In this document: positions 37,324 to 53,073 of the stretch, one piece after another
Layout: each line of letters starts with the position of its first letter
How positions within the stretch are numbered: position 1 is the first letter of the stretch
Assembly: GCF_009914755.1 (NCBI RefSeq)
Contig: NC_060935.1
From: the human T2T-CHM13v2.0 reference genome, Homo sapiens
Length of the DNA stretch: 64,000 bases
Direction: 5' to 3' (one strand)
Position numbers and translations under genes: made by a program
Notes under the pieces: model-generated
Seen by the model: only the letters and a program-made list of their open reading frames with translations
Told to the model about the DNA's origin: nothing
Database searches by the model: none

Positions 37324-37648
37324 CTAAGTGTAACGTGGCATCCTGGATGGGGTCCGGAACAGAAATAAGATATTAGGTTAAAACAACTAGTAAATCTGAA
37401 TAAAATGTGGATTTTAGTTAATAATAATGTATCAATATTGGTCATTATTTGTGACAAATGTACCATACTAATGTAAGATGTTAATAATAGGGGAATGTGA
37501 ATGCAGTGGCTCACACCTGTAATCCCAGCACTTTGGGAGGCCAAGCCGAGCCCAAGAGTTCAAGACCAGTCTGGGCAACATGGTGAAACCCCATCTCTAC
37601 AAAACATACAAAAATTAGCCAGGCATGGTAGTGCACGCCTGTGTCTCA

Positions 37649-37888
<240 letters not shown>

Positions 37889-38106
37889 TTAAAAAATTAG
37901 CCAAATGCATTTCTTCTAAAACCTTTTTATTAAAACTAATTACTGCTCTCTTTAAAAACAAAAACAAAATAAAACAGAGCCCTGTGAGTCTTCAATTTCC
38001 GAGTTGAGTGACCTTTCACAGGGTCGCAGAATCAGCCCCAGCTCTCCCCCAGTCCTTTCACTGACTCCTCTCTGTGGCAGAGCTGAAATTTGTTTAGGGA
38101 AGTGGG

Positions 38107-38126
38107 ACTACAACTCCCAGAGTGCA
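38107..38126 (+). promoter_or_regulatory. ZNF143/THAP11-type promoter motif ACTACAACTCCCAGAGTGCA
   Basis: Matches ACTACAnnTCCCAnnnTGC about 100 nt upstream of the DNAJB13 ATG. Confidence 0.7.
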
Positions 38127-38134
38127 CCTGTGCG

Positions 38135-38149
38135 GTTGTCAGGAGCAAC
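38135..38149 (+). promoter_or_regulatory. RFX X-box in the DNAJB13 promoter
   Basis: GTTGTC-AGG-AGCAAC, one mismatch to GTNRCC(N0-3)RGYAAC; expected for a motile-cilia gene. Confidence 0.6.
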
Positions 38150-38219
38150 CAAGGAAGCCAACTAACAGCCTTGCTAGAGTCTGAGGACTATCCAGGGCCT
38201 GACTGCCAGCTAGCCAGCC

Positions 38220-38287
38220 ATGGGCCAGGATTATTACTCTGTGCTCGGGATCACTCGCAATTCAGAGGATGCCCAGATCAAGCAGGC
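38220..38287 (+). CDS. DNAJB13: DNAJB13 exon 1 (coding part)
   Basis: Kozak gccATGG; MGQDYYSVLGITRNSEDAQIKQA; donor GC|GTAAGT. Confidence 0.95.
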
Positions 38288-38754
38288 GTAAGTTGGGGTG
38301 GGAGCCAGGCCTTAGGGGTGTGCTGGGGCAGGCCCTGCCCTCTTCTCTTCCAAAACGAGCTTTCCTGCACAGCTTAGCGCAGACAAGGTAAACCTTGTTC
38401 CTCCTTTCACTTCTTGCATACCTGTATCCTGGCTTTGGTCTGGGTCAGGGCCCAGGTTGGAAATTTGAACTCTTTAGTTCCTCAATCTGCTCCCAACCCA
38501 TCTCCCTTTATGCTCCATGCCCTATATCCTCTCCTGGGTGCCTTGCTTTTCCCAGCAATGAAGTGGGGACAAAGGAGCCATTTGAACTTTATCTTGAATA
38601 TTATGGAGAACCAGAGGCTTGTGAACAAGGGAGTGGCCAGGCCAGATGGATGTTTTAAATTCAATTCTGGCCATGATGGAGGTTTTCAGCATTGACTAAA
38701 CTACATTCCTGAATACTTCCATCGGATCTTAAGGACGTTCTGGCTCGTTCCTAA

Positions 38755-39114
<360 letters not shown>

Positions 39115-40091
39115 TAACAAATATTTATTGAGCGTCTACCACAAGGGTTGAGAGGGTACTTCACTCCTGCTGCAGTGGTAGCAGCTGGAGATAAATGTCG
39201 GAATCCGACATCGACACTCCCTTACCTCATGCAGCTAGATTTTGTTGCTGAATAGATGTTGAATAAGTCACCACAACTGTGATGAGTGTTACAGAAGAGG
39301 AAGTATGGGGGGCTGTGGAAGTTATCTTGGAAGGAGAGAGACCCTTTAGGAGGCTGTTCGTGGTAATCAAGGCAAAAGATGAGGCCAGAGAAAGGGGAGG
39401 GAATGGACTTGGTAATTAAGTGGATCACTGGAGGGTGAAGAAAAGAGGAGTCCAGGATAACTCAATCAATTAAGTTAGGCAGTGACAATAGGTGTATGTT
39501 TTGAGTGTGTAGGTGCTGTTCTGAGAACTTTCCATCACTGTTTAACCCTCACAACAGCCCTGAGAATTAAGTGCCATTATTATCCCACAAGTGCACTAGT
39601 AAATGGTGGAGCCAGTGTTCAGATATCAGGCCTCCCAGAGTTGCCAGTCATGGGCCTATTCCTGGGCCAGGTCCTGTAGGGGATCAGTGGCATAAGTGGA
39701 GAGTCTGCGGTGTTGGAGAAAAAAGACACAAACTCATGAAAGGATCTGAGAACAATTCAGGACAGTGTATGATGTCACCCACTCTTCGGAGCATCTCATT
39801 GACCAGAAGGACCCATCCAGGGAAAGGTAATCAGGAGGAAGGGCAGTGGGCATGCAGAAAGATAAGCACAGCTTAAGCACTGGAAAGGGCTGGATCAGAA
39901 TCCAGATTCACTTACCTGCTAGCTGCGTGACCTGGGCAAATTACTTAACCTCTTTGAGCCGAAGTTTTCCCATGTCTAAAAATCATCATCATAATAAAGG
40001 TTGCTGTGAGATTGAAATAGGATTAGATGAGATAATGCATGTGTCCAGCAATCATTTGCATGTGAAACCATGTCATATAAAGAGTGATTAA

Positions 40092-42128
<2,037 letters not shown>

Positions 42129-42457
42129 AGAGTGATTAAAAGAACTATGTAGGTTTCAAAAAGCAGTCCTTAACCCTTCTCCCCTGCAATAACTCTAAGT
42201 CACATGTATGACATGCTTGCTCATGGGATCACCTAGATATTGATCAAAAAAAAAAAGAGCTAAACTTATATAAGGAAGAAAAACATCATGATAGTTTATA
42301 ATTGCCCAGGATTCATAATTGCAGCGTTCAAGCTGTGATTTCACCCCTTTCTCTCCCACTCAGGAAAGCAGGTGAATGAGAGTGATGTTATTGCAGGGAT
42401 AATTTTGAAACCACTCAAATTTATATGAAAAACTAAACCTTTCTCAAACCTTGTTAC

Positions 42458-42969
42458 TTTTTTTTTTTTTTTTTTTGAAACGGAGTCTCTCTCTGCCACC
42501 CAGGCTGGAGTGCAGTGGCAGGATCTCTGCTCACTGCAACCTCCACCTTCTAGGTTCAAGTGATTCTTCTGCCTCAGCCCCCTGAGTAGCTGGGACTACA
42601 GGTGTGTGCCACTGTGCCCGGCTAATTTTTTTATTTTTAGTAGAGACGGGGTTTCACCATGTTGGCCAGCCTGGTCTCGAACTCCTGATCTCAAGTGATC
42701 TGCCTGCCTCGGCCTCCCAAATTGCTGGGATTACAGGAGACTGAGATGGGCAGATCACTTGAGGCCAGGAGTTTGAGACCAGCATGGCCAACACGGCAAA
42801 AACCCGTCTCTACTAAAAATACAAAAATTAGCCAGGTGTGGTGGTGGGCACCTGTAGTTCCAGCTACTTGAACCTGGGAGGCGGACAATGCAGTGAGCCC
42901 AGATCGCGCCACTGCACTCCAGCCTAGGTGACAGAGTGAGACTCTATCTCTAAATAAATAAATAAAAAT
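42458..42969. mobile_element. Head-to-head fused inverted Alu pair
   Basis: Minus Alu ends at ...gctgggattacagg and a plus Alu starts immediately at ggagactgagatgggcagatcac. Confidence 0.85.
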
Positions 42970-43633
42970 AACTGACTGTGACCTTTATAATTGAGAAAGG
43001 CTGGTTTGGAAGGCTGTGACAATTGTCTTCAAGTCTCTGAAGGTAGATATTCTCTCTGTAAGGTCCCCAGGGCACAGCCAGGACCCTTATGGATGGAGGG
43101 GCAGTTGCAGGACCACAGATCCAGCTTCCTGTCCGCAGTAAGAGGAGGCATTGCCTAAAAGTCAGAGCCATGCCACAGTGAGATGGACTGTCCTGCAGGA
43201 TGCTTAGCATGTATCATTTATTTACTCACTCCTGCTCAGTGCCCAGCACTGGGGCTAGAACTGGATGCAGCAACTCCAGGACCTCCCAGTCTATTAGACA
43301 GAGGAGTCAATATACACCTGGAACACAGCACTGCTGAGGACAAGGATCAAAGGTGCTGGGGACTTGGGAAGGGGAGTCTAACCTAGAAAGGAGGCTAACA
43401 ATCAGGGAAGGTGCCCTGGAGGATTTGGCACCTGAGTCGAAAGTTGAAGGATGAATTAAAAATTGCCCAGAGAAGCTGGGAGGAGCTGCAGAGGGGTGAG
43501 TCATGCAGGAGAGGTCAAGGGAGCAGCAAGAGAGAACAGTGAGTGAGGCCAGAGGGAGAAGCAGGGGCTTGGATCTTAGAATGAGACATCCGAGTTTTAT
43601 GCTGGAGACAATGGGGAAACCAGTGAAGGGTTA

Positions 43634-44081
<448 letters not shown>

Positions 44082-44660
44082 TTAGCTGTGAGAGACAGAA
44101 GCCTGCCTCTGGAATAAGAAGAGAAGCTGTGGAACTCTGGGGATGGCGGCGAGGCGGGTGTGGGCACTAGAAAAGCGGGTGGAGGCAAGGTGGGGGGTCA
44201 CGCCTGGGCTGAATGACAGGCGTCTGTGCTGGATGCTTCCCGTGCAGCCCTCCAGACCCACTCCCCACCCTTCCTGCCCTGCTGCGCTCCGGGAGGCTTC
44301 CTTGCCCTCAGCCTTCCACATGGAGCCGGCCCAGGGGAGCATCAGGCGGGGAGATGGGGAGGGAGAAGGGCAGGGCTGCGGCTTTATTCCCCAGTTCTCC
44401 TCCTATGGGGTCTCTTCAGTCAGCTGTGTCGCTTGACAGAAGGTCACAGCTCCGCTGAGGGCCCTGTCCACACACTCCAACAGACCCCTCGGGGTTCCTG
44501 GCCTGGGAAAACTGCACTCCGCTGTCCCTGGCAGTCTCCCTCCGCTCCTCCAGCACCTGGGCGAATGGTCCCTTTATTAAGCTCTCCACAAACCACCCAA
44601 TCCGCTCCATCTCTCCCCCACCCCGGGTCACTGCCGATACATATTCTCAGACGCTGCGAT

Positions 44661-44799
44661 GTCTGCCCTTCAGAAACAGGCCAGCTGGTACGACTTGTAT
44701 CAACCCTCCCTCCTCCAGGTGCCGCAGACTCGCCCTTTAACCACCCGTTGAAGTCAAATGAGCCGTCTTCAGCAGAGATTTTCAGGCAAATAGCAGAGG
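44661..44799 (+). repeat. Partial local duplicate of the DNAJB13 intron 1 acceptor and exon 2
   Basis: Aligns to 45410-45549; 44740-44799 identical to 45490-45549. Confidence 0.93.
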
Positions 44800-45466
44800 A
44801 CTGGGCAGGAACAGAAGTGGGGAAAAAATGAGCAGAGAGAGGGTGGGGGCGGCACAGGAACCGGACGGGCACTGAGCGCCTCAGCCATGCCCGCTGCACA
44901 CCCAATTGTAGCTCATCCTCCCAAGATGCCTGTGTGTCTGCTCCGGTCCTCTAAGAAGCAAACAGGATTAGATGAGCAGGAAATGCACCTGGAGAAACCG
45001 TGAAGTATGAAGGGAAGGGAGCAGGGGCGCGCACAGTACAGCCTGACACCTGCGAGTGGAGACAGGGAGGGGAGGAAGGAGGGAGAGTGCAGCGAGGCCC
45101 GGGGAGCAGCTCAGCCAGCCTCTGGGGAGCCCTCGCGCAAAGCTTGCCCGTTGGAGGAGTCCTGTGTCTTGCAGGAATGGGCCAGCCCTGGTATCCCCAC
45201 CACACGTAAGCATTGAGGGCAGCTCAGGGGCAGTTGCTTCAGCTCAGATGCCCAGGGGGGCAGCTGCTGGAACTGTCGGTCAACTGTGCTCCCCGCACCA
45301 GCTACTCTTCAAGAGCTGAGCAGTGCACCTCCGCAGCCACCACAGCTGGTGAAGTCACCCCGGATTTATAGCTAGGCAGGAGTGAACAGAGTGCCGGCTC
45401 TGAACTCTGGTCCGCCCTCAGAAACAGACCAGCTGATAAGACTTGTATTAATTCTCCCTCTTCCAG

Positions 45467-45570
45467 GTACCGCAGACTCGCCCTTAAGCACCACCCGTTG
45501 AAGTCAAATGAGCCGTCTTCAGCAGAGATTTTCAGGCAAATAGCAGAGGCCTACGACGTGCTGAGTGACC
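45467..45570 (+). CDS. DNAJB13: DNAJB13 exon 2 (J-domain)
   Basis: ttccAG and GTGAGT; [34 protein letters not shown]. Confidence 0.95.
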
Positions 45571-46643
45571 GTGAGTAGGTGTGGGGCTGAGCACCCCGCT
45601 TGATTAGGATCATTCCTTAAGTCTCTAGACTGTTGGGTTTTCTGAGGGGGCCCAATAACGAGGAAGCATCCTTCTTCCCTGCCTAGAATCTAGACACACA
45701 GAGAAGACAGAATACGGACCCGCCTTTCTCAGTAGAAGCAAGCTGAGGTGGAGGACGTGGGGTGTGGAGCCCAGGATTACACTGACTCGCTCATCCTGGC
45801 AGGCAGTGTGGGAGCTGGGGCACATTCCCCACGCATCCCTATGCCCTGCGGGGACGGGACCTTCCCCGGGAGAAACAGAGTAAGGGGCTTGCAGCTACGG
45901 GGAAGAAAGCTGAAGCTGGGCAGGCGTGCCCACCTGTCCCTCCCAGAGGTCCTTCCCAGTGGCTTAGTGTCCATTTCCCCAGGGCCAGCAACAGTAGGAA
46001 GAGGCAGAGAAAGGCCAGGAGTAATTAGGAAATCTGTCTCCTAGGGAAACCAGCAGAGTGAAGAAAGTGTGATCCCCGCCCCGGCACCCAGGGCCGTCCT
46101 GCGGGGCTTTCCCTGGGGGATTGTCCTGGAGACTAATCCTGGTTCCTGCGGAAGTGCAGCTAGAAGATCACTAAGGTTTCTACAGCCCCGAGTTTTCAGG
46201 ACTTCAGGGTCCTTAGACTCTAGGATTTCGAAGTTTTAAAATTTGGAGGCTCTAGAATTCTTAGCTTCTAAAATGTCAAGGTTCTACGATTCCGTTTACC
46301 CCAGATAAGACAGTGGCTATGATGACTGAGTTAGGCCAAATCCCAGGGCCATTGCCTGAGCCTCAGTCTCTCAGTTATTCCCCCAGTCTCTCACCCTGCC
46401 CCCAGCAAACTCAAGGCTTTCCCGTCTCTCTTCTGGGCTACAGGAGCCATACCTAGGTCCTCCCAGAATGAAATGGAACGCCTGACTCCTAGGGTCTCAT
46501 TCCAAAGACTGCCAGACAGCAGGCACTTTGGGATCAGGCTGCTTCTGCCCCTTCCCTTTCTCCATATCCGCCTGCTTCCCAGCCCCTCCACCTATCTCAG
46601 CCCCCAAAGTTGGACACCTCCTTAAGGTGATGCCCATCCACAG

Positions 46644-46805
46644 CCATGAAGAGAGGCATCTACGACAAGTTTGGAGAAGAGGGCCTGAAGGGTGGGATTC
46701 CTTTGGAGTTTGGATCCCAGACCCCATGGACAACTGGTTACGTCTTCCATGGCAAACCTGAAAAGGTGTTCCACGAGTTCTTTGGTGGAAACAACCCCTT
46801 CAGTG
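46644..46805 (+). CDS. DNAJB13: DNAJB13 exon 3
   Basis: cacAG and GTAAG; [17 protein letters not shown]...[12 protein letters not shown]. Confidence 0.95.
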
Positions 46806-46874
46806 GTAAGAGGTCTTCCTCCCCCACCTTGCCTTATAGAGAAAGGACACTGCTATAAGTGATGTTTTCGTTGA

Positions 46875-47093
<219 letters not shown>

Positions 47094-47348
47094 TAGTAGA
47101 GACGAGGTTTCACCATGTTGCCCAGGCTGGTTTCGAACTCCTGAGCTCAGGCAATCTGCCTAAGGCCTTGGCCTCCCAAAGTGCTAGGATTACAGGCATG
47201 AGCCACCGTGCCCGGCCTATTTTTACTTTAATAAATATATATAAAACACATTGCAAAAGAAAAAGTAAAACAGAATTCATTGAAAAAGAAATACATTCCA
47301 GCCCTCCATTTTCTTTTTCTTTCTTTCTTTTTTATTTTTATTTTTTAG

Positions 47349-47653
<305 letters not shown>

Positions 47654-48150
47654 TAGAGACAGGGTTTCGCCATGTTGGCCAGGCTGGTCTTGAACTCCTG
47701 ACCTCAGGTGATCTGCCCACCTCGGCCTCCCAAAGTGCTGGGATTACAGGCATGAGCCACCGTGTCTGGCCGAGCCCTCCATTTTCTTCCTCAGAAGCAG
47801 CTACTAGGGAAGCAGCTATTAGTAAACAGTTTATGTATCCTTCCAGAAACTTGCCATGCTTGTATGAGCTGTATTTATTTTTACAGAAGCCTTTTATTAA
47901 GGAAATAGGGCCAAATTTTACACAATGATTTTTTTTTTCACTTAATATATCTTGGAGATTATCTTATATGTTATACTATATATAGATCTACTTTATTCAC
48001 TTACATGCAAATCTATATACTATGTACAGATCTGCATAAGATTTCATTGTACAGATGTCTATTAGGGATCCATTGCAGAAGCAAATACTGTTTTAGCCAC
48101 GTGAAGCAGAAAGGGGTTCAAAACAGGGAATTAGGTGCTTTAAAAAATCA

Positions 48151-48567
<417 letters not shown>

Positions 48568-48804
48568 TCACAAAGAAGGAATCAGGAAATGTCACCGTTG
48601 CATTCCAGAGCACACCATGAATGTAGCTGCAACTGCTGCCTCACTTGCCTCTGACAGGCATGAAACTCGTGGGTGGACCCACAAAGGCTGCTGCAGAAAA
48701 ACCTAGTGTCTCCACAACAGTGCCCACCAGCTCCAGACAGAGCCACGGAGAGATGCCTGCCGCCTTCTTCCTGCCTCCCAAGCAGCTCAGGAACTACCTG
48801 ATGA

Positions 48805-49161
<357 letters not shown>

Positions 49162-49469
49162 TGAACTCCTGACCTCAGGTGATCCGCCTGCGTCATCCTC
49201 CCAAAGTGCTGGGATTATAGGCATGAGCCACCATGCCAGGTCTAATTTATTATTTTTAATTACTGTCTTATTGATGGGTAGTTTCTTCCCAGTCTTTTGC
49301 TAATATTGTATTTGTGGGAAGATACCTCTTGTCTCTTTTGCAGTTAAAACAGTTCTTGTGCTATTTATAGTTTCCCTAATATGCTTGTCTCCCTACCAGA
49401 CTGGGAGATCCTCCAGGTCTGATTGATCTCAGCGTAGCCAAATCCCAGCCTAGCATCTGACAAGAGTGA

Positions 49470-49665
49470 GTGTGGATGGGTGGATGCATGAAATGAAGGA
49501 AGGACAGATGGATGAATGGATGAGTGGGTGTATGAATGAATAGACGAGCACATGGTGGGTGGGTGGGTGGGTAGGCGGACGGATGGCTGGGTAAATGAAT
49601 GGATGGCTGGGTAGGCGGATGGATGGCTGGGTAGGCGGAAGGATGGCTGAGTAGGTGGATGGGTG
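49470..49665 (+). repeat. (GGAT/GGGT)n-derived microsatellite with 20-bp higher-order units
   Basis: GGATGGCTGGGTAGGCGGAN repeated 4-5 times; includes (GGGT)4. Confidence 0.85.
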
Positions 49666-50388
49666 CGTGATTCCAGGTCTGAGACAAACTGACCAAGAGT
49701 TGATTTCTGAGGCTCAGAATCATCTTGCAAAGGCAGTGAAAAGACCTTCACACCTGACTTCCTGGCTCCAGTTATACCCACATAAGGCCTAGATTTTTCA
49801 CTGCCTGTTTTCTCCTACACCTCTTGCCCCTTCTCCCTGACTATACTTCAGCCTTTCTGAACTTCATAAGTTCTTTCCTTCTCTTTTCTGTGCCAATATG
49901 TGGGTTACAGCCCCTCTGCCTCAGAGATTGCTCCCACCTTGTGCCACCCTCACGTGTCTGCCAGAAGAAGCTGAGTTTATAAGCTCCACGTGAGACTGAA
50001 AACAGCAAGGGGCTTCGAGTAGCGGGCCTGTTTCCAATCCATGCGCTGCCATTTGTGAACCGTGTGATCCTGGGAAAATTTCTTCACCCCTCTGAAACCC
50101 CAGCTTCCTAACCATTACATAGCCAAAATAATCATTAAGGCTCAAGGGCTATTATCAGATGAGATAATGTTTATGAAAAGGGGCTTTGCAATCGGCCGGG
50201 CATGGTGGCTCACACCTGTAATCCCAGCACTTCAGGAGGCTGAGGCCGGCGGATCACTTGAGGTCGGCAGTTCAAGACCAGCCTGACCACCATGGAGAAA
50301 ACCCATCTCTACTAAAAACAAACAAACAAACAAAAACAAAAAAACAAAGCCAGGCACAGTGGTGCATGCCTGCAATCCCAGCCACTTA

Positions 50389-50493
<105 letters not shown>

Positions 50494-51647
50494 TCAAAAA
50501 AAAAAAAGAAAAAAGAAAAAAAATGAAAGGGGCTTTGCAGTCCAAAAATGCCATACAGTGGACCTTGCCTCCCTACCTGTCTCAGTTCAAAGGAGCCAAG
50601 TGAGTCTACAGGGCATCGCTCATTGGGAAAGGTCAGGCTCAGGGTCTGGGCTTCCTCAGGCAGTGCCCAGAAGCTATACTGCCATAGTGCTCCACCCCAA
50701 GGGTTCCTGAGTCCCATCTCCCTGCAGGGTTGAGGGGCTGGGCTTCCTGTGGACTGGCTATTGGGGTGTTTACTGCCTGGTACACTGTAGGTCTGGGTGA
50801 ACAAGTGAATTCAGCAATGCAACAGGAGGACCAGAAGATTCAGGCCTCTTGATTGCCCATCGCATCTTAGAGGGACATAGTGTAGTCACCTCACCATCCC
50901 TGCCTAAGGTCATTTCACCATTCTAGCCTGTGAAGTTCATTCCATGGCATTAACCATGAGAGGCAGAATATGAAAACTCTTAACCATAGCGCCCCTCGAG
51001 TTTACAGCTTATGAGGGGCTTCCACATCTAGCGATGCGGCGTGGCACAGTGGTTAAGGACACAGGTTCCGTAGTCATATTGTCCTGTGGTTCAGATCCCA
51101 ACTCTACTGCTTACTAGCTACGGGACCTTAAGCGTTTTGTTTGGGCTCCCTGGACCAATGAAATAATAATGTAAGGTTCCAAAAATAGCACCTGACGCAT
51201 AGTAAGCTCTCAGCAAGTTTTAGCTCTTCATCTTAATGGTGGAAGGCAGGTCAGGCATTATTACCCCATCCCACAGACCAAGACACTGAAGCCCACGGAT
51301 CACACAGCACATCAGGGGCAGAGCCAGGATGGGGCTGTCTTTGCACTGGGAGGAAGGATGGGGGCAGCAAGAGGGGTTATGGGTGCAGAGCTGGGCAGGG
51401 GCAAAAGAAATTGAGGAAAGAGGAGTTTGGGGAATGCCGGTGGCCTCTCAAATTGTTAGGGACCAACCCTTTCCCTCCCCCATCTCAGCTGACAGCTTTA
51501 TAGAAACTTGAGTCTGGGGTCTTTAGCAATCTTGGGCTGGGCTGGACAGCGAAGGGTTATGGAGTCTGGGGAAGAGTAGAGAGGACTGGCAGGCTCTCAC
51601 CTTCCTGCCGAGGACTACCAGCAGTCTCTTCTGGCACTCCTGAGCGC

Positions 51648-51665
51648 GGCCACCAGAGGGAGTGC
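51648..51665 (+). promoter_or_regulatory. Candidate CTCF site
   Basis: GGCCACCAGAGGGAGTGC resembles the CCACCAGGGGGCGC core. Confidence 0.5.
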
Positions 51666-51914
51666 CTCCCTTTCCTGAGACAGCCAGAGTTACGGTATCC
51701 GAGTTGTGAATAAGAGAGACGGGGAAGCGTTGGGCGGGGTGGGGGGGGAATGTCCCAAGGGGAGGTGAAGCAGTGGGAAATGGCAAAGGATGATAATCAC
51801 TGCATCTGCAGTTGAAGACAGCTCCTTGGCTTGGCCAGTCTGAGAGGTGGTTATAGGATGCTGGGTGTTACACAGGACACTGAAGAGGTTGGGGAGCATA
51901 TCTGGATAGGGAGG

Positions 51915-51915
<1 letters not shown>

Positions 51916-51965
<50 letters not shown>

Positions 51966-51972
51966 CGCATGT
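51916..51972 (+). repeat. (TG)21 followed by a CG-alternating tract
   Basis: Read directly; uninterrupted purine-pyrimidine alternation over 57 nt. Confidence 0.95.
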
Positions 51973-52021
51973 CTGGGTCTCTGGATACAATTTCTCTTAC
52001 TCCTCTCCCTACCTCCTGCAG

Positions 52022-52179
52022 AGTTTTTTGATGCAGAAGGAAGTGAGGTAGATTTGAACTTTGGGGGGCTCCAGGGCCGAGGGGTCAAGAAGCAGGACCC
52101 CCAAGTCGAACGGGATCTCTACCTGTCCCTGGAGGACTTATTCTTTGGCTGCACCAAAAAAATTAAGATCTCCAGAAGG
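52022..52179 (+). CDS. DNAJB13: DNAJB13 exon 4
   Basis: tgcAG and GTGAGT; FFDAEG...[29 protein letters not shown]. Confidence 0.95.
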
Positions 52180-53059
52180 GTGAGTACTCAGCTTGCTCCT
52201 CCCGGGAGCCACCTATCTCCTGCAGCCTAGCAGCTGCCTCCTCCCTTACCTGGGTGGGAGGACTCAGGGATGGTCTCTGATGGAATTATGGAACCTTAGA
52301 TTCAGAGACCTAGGATGTTAGAATTCCGGAATCTGAAATTCGGAAGGGACAGTTGAAGACATTAGCCCGGTTCTTTCCTAGTGCAGGAGTGCCCTCTGCA
52401 GCCTTCCCAACTGGGACAGGCTCTTTCCCTTCCTTTCTTTCAGTTCAGCCCCATCCCCGTGGGAACTGGAAAGGCTCTGAATGGGAGGAGTCTCTTCTGA
52501 ATTCTTCCTTCTGGGCTTTACCAGACCATATTCCCAGGATTTCATCAGGGTGCATGCCTCGTGCATAAGAAAGAACAGTGGGCATGGAGGGTGGGCTGGG
52601 AGATAGTCCCCAAGGTGACGGGTTGAGGAAGACCCTCAGTGCCTCATGTCTAGTCCTTGGCTTGGCCCTGTCCCATGGCCCAGCCCTGTGCCAGGCATAA
52701 GAGCAAGCCCCCTCCACCTTTGCCCAGCAGAGGAGATGCCGATGCGGCCATGCTTTCCACAGATGGAACCCATCTGGACATGCGACTGGGGAGTGGAAGG
52801 ATCCCCAGTGGGGAATGCACTGGGGGAGGCTTAGATATGTTGACTTTCATTTCTCTCTTTGGGATTAAGAGACTTGCTGGAGGCTCAGGGCCGGGCCTCT
52901 GGGATTTGGAGAGAGGAATGGAGTACATTTTCACCATGTATCTGTTAGTGGCCAGGGCTGGAGCTGTGTGTTTGATCAACTAATGGTGACTGCTTGGCAT
53001 CTCAGCCCCCAGCCCCAGTCTCATGGCATCCTCTGCCATACTGGAATCATAAGTTCTTG

Positions 53060-53073
53060 GTTGTCATGGCAAC
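53060..53073. promoter_or_regulatory. Near-perfect RFX X-box in DNAJB13 intron 4
   Basis: GTTGTCATGGCAAC versus palindromic GTTGCCATGGCAAC. Confidence 0.6.

Noticed and set aside
44226-44831. 201-aa ORF ending in [19 protein letters not shown]
   Set aside because: The J-domain peptide comes only from the exon 2 duplicate; GTG start in GC-rich DNA and no other support
52280-52345. GAA/TTC-rich stretch suggesting a heat-shock element in a DNAJ gene (similar at 46190-46290)
   Set aside because: No three correctly phased nGAAn units; looks like a degenerate simple repeat
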